In this document: piece after piece, positions 49,740-59,347 of the stretch
How positions within the stretch are numbered: position 1 is the stretch's first letter
Layout: each line of letters begins with the position of its first letter
NCBI GenBank assembly: GCA_963769975.1
Contig: CAVYNS010000003.1
Location: 654,274-718,273, forward strand
Length of the DNA: 64,000 nucleotides
Source of the DNA: an uncultured Chloroflexia bacterium
GTDB taxonomy: Bacteria > Chloroflexota > Dehalococcoidia > GIF9 > AB-539-J10
Direction: 5' to 3'
The notes under the pieces: generated by a model
The model's database searches: none
Told to the model about the DNA's origin: nothing
Seen by the model: the letters and a program-made list of their open reading frames with translations, nothing else
Program-made: the position numbers and the translations under genes

Positions 49740-50321
49740 CTATCCCCTTGCCATTTGCTGCAGCGCCATTTTAATCTTCTCTTCTAAGCTTAGTTCCCCA
49801 GAATCTGAAAGTTTAGAGATAACTTTAGTGGCTTCCGCCACAGAGTAGCCCAAGCCAGTTAAAGCAGCTATGACATCGGCACTCTCCGGGGCTAAGGGCA
49901 GGGCTACCTCTTTCCATTCCTTTTCCAATTTACCTTTGAGTTCCACGACAAGGCGGCTGGCTATTTTTTTACCGATGCCAGGCGTTTGACTCAGGAGGTC
50001 AATATCGCCGCCGATTATAGCCATGACAAGTTGTTCAGGATTCAAAGCCGAGAGTAAGGCCAAAGCCAACTTAGAGCCAATTCCAGAGACGGAAATAAGG
50101 TTTTTGAACAAAGCTAATTCTTCACTCGAGGCAAAACCGTACAGGGAAATATTATCCTCTCTCACATGGAGATGGGTATAGAGGAAGACCCTACCCTTAC
50201 CAGCTCCTAATTGGCTTAAAGTTGAGCTGGGGACATATACCCGAAAACCTATTCCGCCGACATTAATGATAACGGAGTCGTCACCGCGATATTCCAGCAT
50301 TCCCTCTAATGTGGCTATCAT
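49740..50321 (-). CDS. ruvA: Holliday junction DNA helicase RuvA.
   Basis: 'MIATLEGML' OB N-terminus and the HhH pair 'VSGIGSKLAL', 'TPGIGKKIASR'. Confidence 0.9.
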   Translation of the reverse strand: MIATLEGMLEYRGDDSVIINVGGIGFRVYVPSSTLSQLGAGKGRVFLYTHLHVREDNISLYGFASSEELALFKNLISVSGIGSKLALALLSALNPEQLVMAIIGGDIDLLSQTPGIGKKIASRLVVELKGKLEKEWKEVALPLAPESADVIAALTGLGYSVAEATKVISKLSDSGELSLEEKIKMALQQMARG

Positions 50322-50818
50322 CTTGGCATATGTTCAGTGAGCCATTGGTTAAGGCGCCTCTGCTGAATGTGGCACATAGCTACAGCCAAGGCATCTGCAG
50401 CATCACTAGGCTGAGGTAGCTCAGAGAGCCCGAGCTGGACTCTTACCATTTCTTGAACTTGTTGTTTATCGCTTTGCCCGTAGCTGGTTATTTGCTTCTT
50501 TACCTTGGCTGGTGAGTAATAGTAGACGGGCAACCCTTGGTTGGCTGCTGCCAGGATAGCTATAGCTTGTGCTTTGCCAATAGCGAACGCTGACTTTACG
50601 TTATGGCCGATAAAGGGCTCTTCAATGGCTACTTCGTTTGGTTTATACCTGGTGATAATTTCGCTTAATTTATTGTAGAGAGCGCGTAGCCTTTCCTCCA
50701 TAGGAAGCCGTGCTGGGAGCTTGATTACTCCGCAATCCACCATATGCATTTCCTCTTCGCCATCTACCACACCGTATCCTGAATTTATAGTACCGGGGTC
50801 AACGCCGAGAATACGCAT
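50318..50818 (-). CDS. ruvC: Crossover junction endodeoxyribonuclease RuvC.
   Basis: 'MRILGVDPGT' and catalytic D/E/D/D spacing. It overlaps ruvA by 4 nt. Confidence 0.9.
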   Translation of the reverse strand: MRILGVDPGTINSGYGVVDGEEEMHMVDCGVIKLPARLPMEERLRALYNKLSEIITRYKPNEVAIEEPFIGHNVKSAFAIGKAQAIAILAAANQGLPVYYYSPAKVKKQITSYGQSDKQQVQEMVRVQLGLSELPQPSDAADALAVAMCHIQQRRLNQWLTEHMPR

Positions 50819-50819
50819 G

Positions 50820-51572
50820 TTAAGTTTGACTGCGCAGCCTTTCTAAGGTAGCCTCAGAAAAATCCATATTGGAGAAAACACGCTGTACATCGTCTAATCC
50901 TTCTAGCTCGTCGAGGAAATTCAGGGCCTGAACTGCTTTACTTTCCTCCAGCAACACTGTAGTTTTAGGCGCTAGCGAGAGCTCCGCCGAAATCACATGT
51001 TCTTTCTCTTCAATAACTTTTCTTACTTTTTCTAAATCCTGTGGTTGCGTATAAATTTCCACATAACCGTTTTCGGCCTTAACATCTTCAGCCCCGGCAT
51101 CAATAGCTCGTAGCGCTATTCCTTCGGCATCTGAGGCATCGCTTTCTACAGTGATTACTCCTCTACTCTCAAAGAGCCAGGAGACACAACCACTCTCACC
51201 AAGATTCCCCCCATGGCGGGTGAAGAGACGGCGCACATCCTGAACAGTGCGATTACGGTTATCGGTCAAGGCCTCCACCAAAACCGCTATCCCGCTTGGA
51301 CCATAGCCTTCGAATCTCGTCTCAGCTAAGACAGCTGCCCCAATTTCACCGCTACCCCGCTTTATAGCCCTCTCGATATTCTCCGAAGGCATGTTATTAT
51401 CACGGGCTTTCTGCACTGCTAAACGCAACTGGAAATTACTGTCTGAATTAGTTCCACCTTGTCGCACTGCAACTATGATTTCTCGAGCAAGCTTGGTGAA
51501 TATCTGCCCGCGCTTGGCATCAGCCGCTCCCTTCTGCCGCTTAATATTTGCCCACTTAGAATGTCCTGACAT
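50820..51572 (-). CDS. yebC: YebC/PmpR family transcriptional regulator.
   Basis: 'MSGHSKWANIKRQKG' is a canonical N-terminus. Confidence 0.9.
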   Translation of the reverse strand: MSGHSKWANIKRQKGAADAKRGQIFTKLAREIIVAVRQGGTNSDSNFQLRLAVQKARDNNMPSENIERAIKRGSGEIGAAVLAETRFEGYGPSGIAVLVEALTDNRNRTVQDVRRLFTRHGGNLGESGCVSWLFESRGVITVESDASDAEGIALRAIDAGAEDVKAENGYVEIYTQPQDLEKVRKVIEEKEHVISAELSLAPKTTVLLEESKAVQALNFLDELEGLDDVQRVFSNMDFSEATLERLRSQT

Positions 51573-51659
51573 TGCTATCCTTTATACTATTTTATCACTG
51601 CAACTCCTAAAAGGTAAAGCAGACATCCTCCTTCGACACCCTACTGACACTTCTTTTTG

Positions 51660-52694
51660 TCATTGCGAGGAGCCCATCCCTTTTAGTCCTTCTGCGTAAG
51701 GTTCCCTAATTATGCCCTTCTCAGTGATTATGGCAGTGATATAGTTATAGGGAGTCACATCGAAAGCAGGATTGGCTGCTCTTATGCCCTCGGGCGCAAT
51801 GGGCACTCCCTGGATATGAGTTACTTCCTCAGGGCTTCTTTCTTCAATGGGGATTTTGTCTCCCGAGCTTAAGGAAAGGTCAATACTGCTGGTGGGAGCA
51901 GCAACATAAAAGGGGATTTTGTTCTCCTTGGCCAGCACCGCCAGGGTATAGGTGCCGATTTTATTGGCAGCATCGCCGTTGGCTGCAATCCTGTCGGCGC
52001 CCACAATGACACAGTCTATCTTCTTCTGCTGCATAAAATAGCCAGCCATGGAATCGGTAATCAAAGTCACAGGGATGCCCTCTTGCATTAGTTCCCAGGT
52101 AGTGAGCCGGGCTCCCTGGAGAAGGGGGCGAGTTTCTGTGGCAAAGACGCTCACGTCCTTTCCTTGTTCTTTAGCAGCCTTGATGACACCCAGGGCAGTG
52201 CCATAGCCAGCGGTGGCCAAAGGACCGGCGTTACAATGAGTTAGCACGGTAAAACCATCTTGGATAAACCAGGCTCCCAACTGACTGAGCTGCTTAGTTG
52301 CGGTTATTTCTTCCTGGTGAATTCGCTTTGCTTCATTGACAAGCGAATTTTTTATTTCAGTAACGTCATCTCCTCTGGCAGCTTTCCTCATCCTGTTGAT
52401 AGCCTGAAAGAGGTTGACCGCAGTAGGTCTGGAGGCAGTAAAAGCTTGCATGACCTGATTCAATTGTGCGACAAATTCCTCTTTGTTTGCTGTCTTAATA
52501 CCTGATGCCCCCAGAGCTATGCCGTAGGCAGCAGCAACCCCGATGGCTGGTGCCCCGCGAACCCTCATTTCCTTAATGGCTAGAACTACATCGTGGTAGT
52601 TAGCCAGGTCGGCGAAGATTTGCTCTCGCGGAAGCCTGCCCTGGTCCAGTATCCTTAGCTTGCCATCAATCCATTCTATTGCTTCCGCTATCAT
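51660..52694 (-). CDS. mtnA: eIF-2B alpha/beta/delta family isomerase, S-methyl-5-thioribose-1-phosphate isomerase-like. Its stop codon is supplied by a family-A repeat half-site.
   Basis: '[11 protein letters not shown]' and 'ANKIGTY' motifs. The 3' end 'ctcctcgcaatgac' overlaps the GTCATTGCGAGGAGCCC repeat at 51658-51674. Confidence 0.8.
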   Translation of the reverse strand: MIAEAIEWIDGKLRILDQGRLPREQIFADLANYHDVVLAIKEMRVRGAPAIGVAAAYGIALGASGIKTANKEEFVAQLNQVMQAFTASRPTAVNLFQAINRMRKAARGDDVTEIKNSLVNEAKRIHQEEITATKQLSQLGAWFIQDGFTVLTHCNAGPLATAGYGTALGVIKAAKEQGKDVSVFATETRPLLQGARLTTWELMQEGIPVTLITDSMAGYFMQQKKIDCVIVGADRIAANGDAANKIGTYTLAVLAKENKIPFYVAAPTSSIDLSLSSGDKIPIEERSPEEVTHIQGVPIAPEGIRAANPAFDVTPYNYITAIITEKGIIREPYAEGLKGMGSSQ

Positions 52695-52899
52695 CGCTGT
52701 TAGTATAATCCAAAGGACGAAAACAAAGGAAGTTTTAAATTATGCTAGAAGGTGAAGATGAAAATAGCCACAAACAGGTGCAGTCATGCCAGATTTTCTA
52801 AGGTAGCTAAAATCGTAGAACATTAACAGAGCTAAAATTTGATAACCTGAAAGAATAATGTTATCTTTATTAAATTCATCATCCACCTGAGAGGCAAAG

Positions 52900-54138
52900 A
52901 TGGCCAAGATTTATCTCATAGATGTTACCAATCGTGATGGCGTTCAAACTGCACGCCTCGGTCTATCCAAGCTGGAAAAGACCATGATAAATATGTACCT
53001 CAACGAAATGGGGGTCTTTCAGTCCGAATTTGGTTTCCCTACGACGAGACACGAATCCTTTTACCTTCAGGCGAACTTGGAATTAGCTGAGATGGGTGTC
53101 TTGAAACCCATCCGGTTAGGGGGGTGGCTAAGGGCAGTCGTGGCTGATGTGGAAAAGGCTTTCAAGCTTGTCCCAAAAATTAAGCACCTTAATCTCTCTA
53201 TTTCCACATCGGACCAAATGATTCAAGGCAAATTCCTGGGTGCCAAGAGCCGAGATGATGTCGCAAGCATGATGGTCGATGCTGTAGAAGCGGCTCGCGC
53301 CCATGGAGCTGAAACCATAGGTGTAAATGCTGAGGATGCCTCCCGAACTAAAATAGATTTTTTAGTTAGATTCGGCACGGCAGCTAAGGAACATGGAGCT
53401 CAACGGCTTAGATATTGTGACACCCTGGGCTATGACAACCCATTTACCATTTACGAGAGCGCCAAAACGCTAGCGGAAAATGTCGGAATGCCTATTGAAC
53501 TCCACTGTCATGGCGACCTGGGAATGGCTGTGGCTAATTCCCTCGCCGGGGCCAGAGGAGCTATAGAAGGTGGGCAGGATGCTTACATCAACACCACAGT
53601 CAATGGAATTGGAGAAAGAGCCGGCAATGCTGACCTTGTCGCCACAGCTCTAGCCATCACCAAATCCAAGGGATTCGCAGGAAAATATCAACTGGAAAAG
53701 CCCATAAACCTGACAAAGGCTTGGAAAATAAGTAGATTTGCCAGTTATGCTTTCGAGGTCCCCATTCCCCTAAACCAGCCTGGCGTCGGAGCTAATGCTT
53801 TTGCTCATAGTTCTGGCATCCATGCTGATGGTGTATTAAAAGACCCCCAAAATTACGAGCTATACAGCTTTGATGAAGTAGGTAGAGGTGAACCGGAACT
53901 TGTAGAGACCGGCAGGGCAATATGCTCGGGAGAATATACCGGAATATCTGGTTTCAGACACATAATGGGCCAGATAGCGGTAAGTTTTGAGGATACTGCG
54001 CAAGCTGAAGAAATTCTGGAATTAGCAAGATATGCTAATGTGGAAGCGCAAAAGCCGCTGGTCGAGGATGAATTAGTCTTCATTGCCAAATACCCCAAAA
54101 TTGCCAGGAAACTTTTGACACTTATACCACCAGAGTAA
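52900..54138 (+). CDS. DRE-TIM metallolyase family: 2-isopropylmalate/homocitrate/citramalate synthase-like, with no LeuA regulatory domain.
   Basis: 'DVTNRDGVQ' and 'LHCHGDLGMAVANSLAGARGA', the IPMS/NifV/CimA-type HxH motif. Confidence 0.7.
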   Translation: MAKIYLIDVTNRDGVQTARLGLSKLEKTMINMYLNEMGVFQSEFGFPTTRHESFYLQANLELAEMGVLKPIRLGGWLRAVVADVEKAFKLVPKIKHLNLSISTSDQMIQGKFLGAKSRDDVASMMVDAVEAARAHGAETIGVNAEDASRTKIDFLVRFGTAAKEHGAQRLRYCDTLGYDNPFTIYESAKTLAENVGMPIELHCHGDLGMAVANSLAGARGAIEGGQDAYINTTVNGIGERAGNADLVATALAITKSKGFAGKYQLEKPINLTKAWKISRFASYAFEVPIPLNQPGVGANAFAHSSGIHADGVLKDPQNYELYSFDEVGRGEPELVETGRAICSGEYTGISGFRHIMGQIAVSFEDTAQAEEILELARYANVEAQKPLVEDELVFIAKYPKIARKLLTLIPPE

Positions 54139-54189
54139 TCCGTCCTTGACATCAGTGCTCATTCCATTTGATAATATAGATAGATAATT

Positions 54190-54261
54190 GCGGGTGTAAC
54201 TCAGCGGTAGAGTGCTTGCTTCCCAAGTAAGACGTCGTGGGTTCGAATCCCATCACCCGCT
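54190..54261 (+). tRNA. tRNA-Gly (anticodon CCC).
   Basis: Cloverleaf folded by hand: acceptor gcgggtg/cacccgc, anticodon stem cttgc/gtaag (one G-U), loop ttCCCaa, T-arm gtggg-ttcgaat-cccat. CCA is not encoded. Confidence 0.9.
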
Positions 54262-54300
54262 GTGGTGATAGCTATAAGCAGCAAAAATATAAATTAGAAA

Positions 54301-54576
54301 ATGAGAATAAAGTTAAATAATAGCCAACTGGAAGGGTTAGCACGTCAGCTTCCTTTCGAAGTAATAGTAGAAGACCCGCGGGATGTTAAGGGCCTGCTGG
54401 AAATATTAGGCCACAATATGCCCTGGGATGAAACGGGGCTTAATAAATTTGGCGATCCTCTCAGGAAGCCCAACAGGGTAACCTTTTCTGTGGAGGCAAT
54501 GGACGGGGGATTTGTTTGCGACATTCATCCCGCCTTCGCCATCTACATTTCCACTCTCTTGTCGGTAGAAAAATAG
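54301..54576 (+). CDS. Hypothetical 91-aa protein between two tRNA genes.
   Basis: ORF only. No recognisable motifs. Confidence 0.3.
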   Translation: MRIKLNNSQLEGLARQLPFEVIVEDPRDVKGLLEILGHNMPWDETGLNKFGDPLRKPNRVTFSVEAMDGGFVCDIHPAFAIYISTLLSVEK

Positions 54577-54601
54577 GCTGCGCATAGTTTCACTAAGTCA
54601 T

Positions 54602-54674
54602 GGGCCGTTAGCTCAGCTGGTAGAGCACCTGACTTTTAATCAGGGTGTCGGGAGTTCGAGTCTCCCACGGCTCA
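54602..54674 (+). tRNA. tRNA-Lys (anticodon TTT).
   Basis: Acceptor gggccgt/acggctc (one G-U), anticodon stem cctga/tcagg, loop ctTTTaa, T-arm gggag-ttcgagt-ctccc. Confidence 0.9.
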
Positions 54675-54834
54675 CTAGCTAAATCATCAGAATTTGCTAA
54701 CATTAGCATCCGGATTTTCGTTATCACCCACCTCAAAAATCCTGTCAAACTTTGCCGCTGCCGCCTCTTGTAGCCCTGGTAAAACGTGGCTGTATATATC
54801 CAGTGTTACCCATGTGACCAGTCAGGACAGATTG

Positions 54835-54898
54835 TTGACAAAAGGTCTATCTGGTGATACAGTTGAGCAACGATTGTAGATTGAATGTTCGTTCAATC
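54835..54898 (+). promoter_or_regulatory. Candidate promoter (TTGACA, 17 nt, TACAGT) followed by a 20-bp palindrome, GATTGAA-TGTTCG-TTCAATC, immediately upstream of the TetR gene. It is a likely TetR operator.
   Basis: TTGACA at 54835-54840, TACAGT at 54858-54863, palindrome at 54879-54898, ATG at 54911. Confidence 0.45.
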
Positions 54899-54910
54899 AG
54901 CCGGGCGAAA

Positions 54911-55582
54911 ATGCCTAAAGAGTTCACAATACGCACCTTTAGCAATAACGAGGCTTTAGTCAAAGAGCGCAGAGATCATATAGTTCGATACTCTACAAAA
55001 GTATTTACTAAGAAGGGATACGACCGAACCAATATGCGTGAATTGGCTAAAGCTTGTGAGATGAGTGCCGGTGCGCTATATCACTATTTTGGTTCGAAAG
55101 AGGAGATTCTCTACTCGATTATCAATAGCGCTACGTCACAGCAGGCGGGTTCCATGGAAGATTGTGCCAATGAATTGGCAACAAGAGGCTCGACAATAGC
55201 TCTTGTAGAGCTTATGAGAAAGTTTTATAAATGGCATGACGACAATCAAGATATCACTCTATTTGCGTATCAGGAAACAAAAAACCTGCCAGGTAATGCC
55301 CAGCAAAGCATTTTTGATTCCGAGGCCCGGATATTGACTGTATTTGAGAAGTTGCTGATAAGAGGGATGAAAGAGGGCGAGTTTAATATTGATGATCCCA
55401 AGCTGATTGCTCATGACATAGTCGTTCTTGGGCATGCCTGGGCCCTCAGGCGCTGGCATCTGAGAAAACACTGGACTTTCAAAACATATGTAAAAGAACA
55501 GACCGATGCTATGTTGAGGTCGATTATGGTAGATAAGGAGACTGGTATTACTAATAGACAGGGAAAGGAGTCATCCAAATGA
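54911..55582 (+). CDS. TetR/AcrR family transcriptional regulator.
   Basis: N-terminal HTH 'TNMRELAKACEMSAGALYHYFGSKEEIL'. Its stop overlaps the thiolase-like gene start. Confidence 0.8.
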   Translation: MPKEFTIRTFSNNEALVKERRDHIVRYSTKVFTKKGYDRTNMRELAKACEMSAGALYHYFGSKEEILYSIINSATSQQAGSMEDCANELATRGSTIALVELMRKFYKWHDDNQDITLFAYQETKNLPGNAQQSIFDSEARILTVFEKLLIRGMKEGEFNIDDPKLIAHDIVVLGHAWALRRWHLRKHWTFKTYVKEQTDAMLRSIMVDKETGITNRQGKESSK

Positions 55583-56949
55583 TTACTTTGAAGAAAGGAA
55601 ATTGGCGCATTCCGAAGTGGAACAGAAAGGTATTTGCCGTTGCTGGAGGTCTGACAAATTATAAGAAGTTCTGCCCGGAAATGAAGCTCGAAGAGCAGGT
55701 GATGGTGGCATTCCGTCAGATGTTGGAGAATAATGATTTAAAGTTATCTCCGGTAGAAATCAAGGGATTAGTCAACTTTCTGGCCTGTGGTGAATTTGCC
55801 GACCACTTTCAAGACCAGCTCCTGTGCGAAGCTAAGGTCACTGACTACCTCGGCCTTGACCCCATGTATGATATAGGTATCAAGACTGGCGGGGCCACCG
55901 GTGGCTCCACAGTGCTAACAGCTGCTATGGCGATAGCCAGTGGATACGCTGATGTGGCGTTAGCAGTAGGCTGGGAGCGCATGTCTGAAGTGGATACACG
56001 AACAGGCAACTACTACATTGCCAATGCAGCCTGCAAAGATTTTGAGACCAGGCTTTCCCGCATTTATTCTGCTTACTATGCTCCTATGGCTGTCCGTTTC
56101 GCCTGGGCTTACAATCTCTCCGAGGAGACTAGAGCCAAGGTAGCAGTCAAGAATCACCTCTACGCTTATTACTCGCCGTATTCTCAGCAGCCAGGCAAAT
56201 ACACAATTCAGGACGTCCTTAACAGCCCAATGTCAACATATCCATTACGTTTCCTGGAATGTTGTGCCATGACAGATGGTGCTGCCTGCATGCTACTTTG
56301 CGATGAAAAAACTGCCTATAAGCTAACCGATAAACCTTGTGAGCTTTCCATAGCCGGCGGGAGCCATACCTTGAGGGTAGCCGACCGTAGAGACATGGAG
56401 ATCCCATTACTGCCACACGAAACTCCCGATATGTATAAGGGCCTGCACAAAAGAGAGGGGCAGCGGTGGCCGGGATTTGAAAGCTTCGCTGCGGCACGTT
56501 TTGCTGCTTATTTCGCTTATCGAATGGCTGGCATCACTAACCCACTTGAAGAGCTTGATCTGGTGGAGTTGCATGATGCATTTACCATAAGTGACATTCA
56601 AACTTATGGAGACATCGGACTCCGTCCCTACGGACAGGAACCTGATTACATTGAATCTGGAGATGCTTATTTTGGTGGTAAATGTCCAGCCAACTTGTCG
56701 GGAGGATTGATAGGCACCATGCATGCTGTAGGAGCAACTGGCATCTTCCAAGGAGTGGAGTGTCTCTGGCAAATACAGGGCAAGTATGATAAGTTCCATG
56801 GCAACTCCAAGATTTGGGAGTCTTTTGGCAAGAAAAAGCCCGCAGATTGGAGGAGTCTCCAGGTACCTGATGCTAAGCAGGCACTCTGGGTATCTCACGC
56901 TGGCGTCGGGTCACACGTAACAGTGGGCATTCTCAGGAAGGCTTTTTAA
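55579..56949 (+). CDS. Thiolase-like (SCP-x/nsLTP-type) protein, expected to pair with the downstream DUF35 protein.
   Basis: Thiolase C-terminal motifs 'LHDAFTISD', 'NLSGGLIGTMHAVGATG', and an N-terminal Cys region 'ACGEF'. Confidence 0.75.
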   Translation: MITLKKGNWRIPKWNRKVFAVAGGLTNYKKFCPEMKLEEQVMVAFRQMLENNDLKLSPVEIKGLVNFLACGEFADHFQDQLLCEAKVTDYLGLDPMYDIGIKTGGATGGSTVLTAAMAIASGYADVALAVGWERMSEVDTRTGNYYIANAACKDFETRLSRIYSAYYAPMAVRFAWAYNLSEETRAKVAVKNHLYAYYSPYSQQPGKYTIQDVLNSPMSTYPLRFLECCAMTDGAACMLLCDEKTAYKLTDKPCELSIAGGSHTLRVADRRDMEIPLLPHETPDMYKGLHKREGQRWPGFESFAAARFAAYFAYRMAGITNPLEELDLVELHDAFTISDIQTYGDIGLRPYGQEPDYIESGDAYFGGKCPANLSGGLIGTMHAVGATGIFQGVECLWQIQGKYDKFHGNSKIWESFGKKKPADWRSLQVPDAKQALWVSHAGVGSHVTVGILRKAF

Positions 56950-56961
56950 AGGAGGGAAACA

Positions 56962-57465
56962 GTGACACCAAGACGTAAGATAACCAAATATACTGGCAAA
57001 CCCGCAAAGATTGTTCAATCCGAACCAGCCCTGGTGATAGAGTGGCCGAGGAGTTTGGCTCACAGGCATACCTATGGAAAACTTTCCCCGTTCTTCAAAG
57101 GTCTGATAGAGGGCAAACTACTGGCTACGAGATGCACCAATCCCGAATGTGCAGAGCACAGATTGTGGCTTCCGCCGCGGGCTGACTGCCCCGACTGTAA
57201 CCAGCCTATGTCCTGGGAAGAAATGCCCCAGCCAGTCATTGGCACAGTGCACACTTATGCACGTGTGGAATACGCTGGCACTGGCATAGAGCTCACTACC
57301 CCCTATTTTCAGATTGATGTTGAGTTGCCTGGCGTATGCACTATATTCAAGGGTTATCTGAAATACGGAACACCTGAAATAGGCATGAAGGTGCAGGCTG
57401 GCTTCCGCACCGAAGATCCCACCAACACAATTCTTGATATATACTGGATTCCTTACGAAGGATAA
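56962..57465 (+). CDS. DUF35 Zn-ribbon/OB-fold protein (thiolase partner, BbsA/ChsH2-C-like).
   Basis: 'CTNPECAEHRLWLPPRADCPDCNQ' rubredoxin-like zinc ribbon followed by an OB fold. Confidence 0.8.
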   Translation: MTPRRKITKYTGKPAKIVQSEPALVIEWPRSLAHRHTYGKLSPFFKGLIEGKLLATRCTNPECAEHRLWLPPRADCPDCNQPMSWEEMPQPVIGTVHTYARVEYAGTGIELTTPYFQIDVELPGVCTIFKGYLKYGTPEIGMKVQAGFRTEDPTNTILDIYWIPYEG

Positions 57466-57597
57466 CTGTTAAGTCCTCAGGAGGCAAAGACGGAAATATT
57501 AAGCGAGGGTAAAGGGGAGCTTCTAGGCTGGCATGACCCAGATGAGGCCAGACAATGGGTGCGCGAGAACAAGTCGCGCGAACTAAAGGATAAGACT

Positions 57598-58506
57598 ATG
57601 ACAGTCAAGGAGGCTGTCTCCAGATTTATTCATGACGGAGATTTTATAGCTAGCGGGGGATTCGGGCATGTAAGAGTAGCGATGGCCATCATCTATGAAA
57701 TAGTCCGGCAGAAAAAACGCAATCTAGCTATGGCTGGTAAGACAGCAGTTCACGACTTCGATATATTAGTGGGGGCGGGTTGCGTTAACAAAGTTGAGGT
57801 AGCTTATTGCTTTGGTCACGAGCTCAGGGGATTATCTCCGGCTTCAAGGAGAATGGTAGAAACCGGTCAATGCCAGGTGGTTGCGGAAACAAGCAATGCT
57901 GCATATCAGTGGCGGTTTTTGGCTGGTATGATGGGACTTCCCTTCATACCCAGTCGTAATTTGCTGGGCACTGATACAGGCAAATACAGTTCTTGTAAAG
58001 TTGTAAAGGACCCCTTTAGCGGCAAACCAATAAATCTCATTCCAGCGGCTTATCCTGATGCAGCTTTTATTCATGTTCACCGTTGCGATATATATGGTAA
58101 CGCCCAAATAGACGGTATAGTGGTGGAAGATATTGAATTATCACGGTGCGCACGGAGGCTCATAGTAACTACGGAAAAGATTGTGGACAACGAACTAATT
58201 CGAAGCGAACCATGGAAGACAAAGATACCATTCTTCGTCGTTGATGCTGTAGTTGAAGCTCCGTATGGTTCTCATCCTTGCGAGATGCCTGGCATGTATT
58301 ACTATGACGAAGAACATATATCCGAGTGGCTGAAGCTTTCTAGAGCCCCGGAAGGTGTGGAATCGTATCTCCAAAAATATATTTTCAGCGTTGATACCTT
58401 TAAGGAATATTTGAAACTTTGTGGTGGCACAAAGAAGATGAATTACTTAAAGAGGAGGGAGTTCCTCAAGGAGCCAATGATAGCCCCGTGGAGGAAAGAG
58501 GCCTGA
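57598..58506 (+). CDS. Family I CoA-transferase subunit A (glutaconate/3-oxoacid CoA-transferase alpha-like). The start is at the ATG after the AAAGGA RBS.
   Basis: 'EAVSRFIHDGDFIASGGFG' N-terminus. The track ORF start is 57559. Confidence 0.8.
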   Translation: MTVKEAVSRFIHDGDFIASGGFGHVRVAMAIIYEIVRQKKRNLAMAGKTAVHDFDILVGAGCVNKVEVAYCFGHELRGLSPASRRMVETGQCQVVAETSNAAYQWRFLAGMMGLPFIPSRNLLGTDTGKYSSCKVVKDPFSGKPINLIPAAYPDAAFIHVHRCDIYGNAQIDGIVVEDIELSRCARRLIVTTEKIVDNELIRSEPWKTKIPFFVVDAVVEAPYGSHPCEMPGMYYYDEEHISEWLKLSRAPEGVESYLQKYIFSVDTFKEYLKLCGGTKKMNYLKRREFLKEPMIAPWRKEA

Positions 58507-58510
58507 ACAT

Positions 58511-59302
58511 ATGCCAATAACAGGTGTTGCTGAAGGTAAATACAGCTTAAGAGAGTATCTGGCATTCATCGGAGCGAGTCTACTGGAAGACAAGAGGTCG
58601 GTTTTGGTAGGGACGGGGCTTCCCATAATAGCTGCCATGTTGGCTCAAAAAACCCGTGCACCAAATCTGCTCATAGTATTTGAGGCTGGTGGAATAGGAC
58701 CTCTGTTACCTGAACTGCCTGTTTCGGTCGGCGAGTCGAGAACTTATTATAAAGCGGTAGCTGCTTCCAGCATGCATGACGTTATGTCATTGTGCCAAGC
58801 AGGCTATATCGATTACGCTTTTTTGGGTGCTGCGCAGATTGATATGTATGGCAATATTAATACTACGGTCATCGGTCAGCACGATGCACCTAAGGTTCGT
58901 TTACCTGGTAGCGGGGGTGCCAATGATGGGGGCTCCTTCGCTCAGAAACTTATAATCATCACCGCGAACCAGTCCCGGAGAACTTTCGTCAACAAAGTTG
59001 ATTTCCTGACGACGCCTGGCTATCTATATGGTCCTGGGGCAAGAGAGAAGGTTGGACTAGCCAGTGGGTCAGGCCCATACCGAGTTATCACACAGCTCGG
59101 TATATTCGACTTCGAGGAAAAGACTAAGAGACTAAGGTTGCTTTCATTGCATCCAGGTGTAAGTACAGACGAGGTCAGAGAAAATAGCGAGTTTGATATA
59201 ATTATATCTGCTGATACCAAAACAAGCCCTGAACCCTCTGTTCAGCATTTGCAAATATTGCGTGAAGAAATAGATCCCGCAGGCGTTGTGTTAGCAAAGT
59301 AA
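58511..59302 (+). CDS. Family I CoA-transferase subunit B.
   Basis: 'SLLEDKRSVLVGTGLP' and the catalytic Glu region 'VFEAGGIGP'. Confidence 0.8.
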   Translation: MPITGVAEGKYSLREYLAFIGASLLEDKRSVLVGTGLPIIAAMLAQKTRAPNLLIVFEAGGIGPLLPELPVSVGESRTYYKAVAASSMHDVMSLCQAGYIDYAFLGAAQIDMYGNINTTVIGQHDAPKVRLPGSGGANDGGSFAQKLIIITANQSRRTFVNKVDFLTTPGYLYGPGAREKVGLASGSGPYRVITQLGIFDFEEKTKRLRLLSLHPGVSTDEVRENSEFDIIISADTKTSPEPSVQHLQILREEIDPAGVVLAK

Positions 59303-59347
59303 CAGGACTAGTTATCAAAAAATAATTTAAGCATCGGTTTGGGAATC

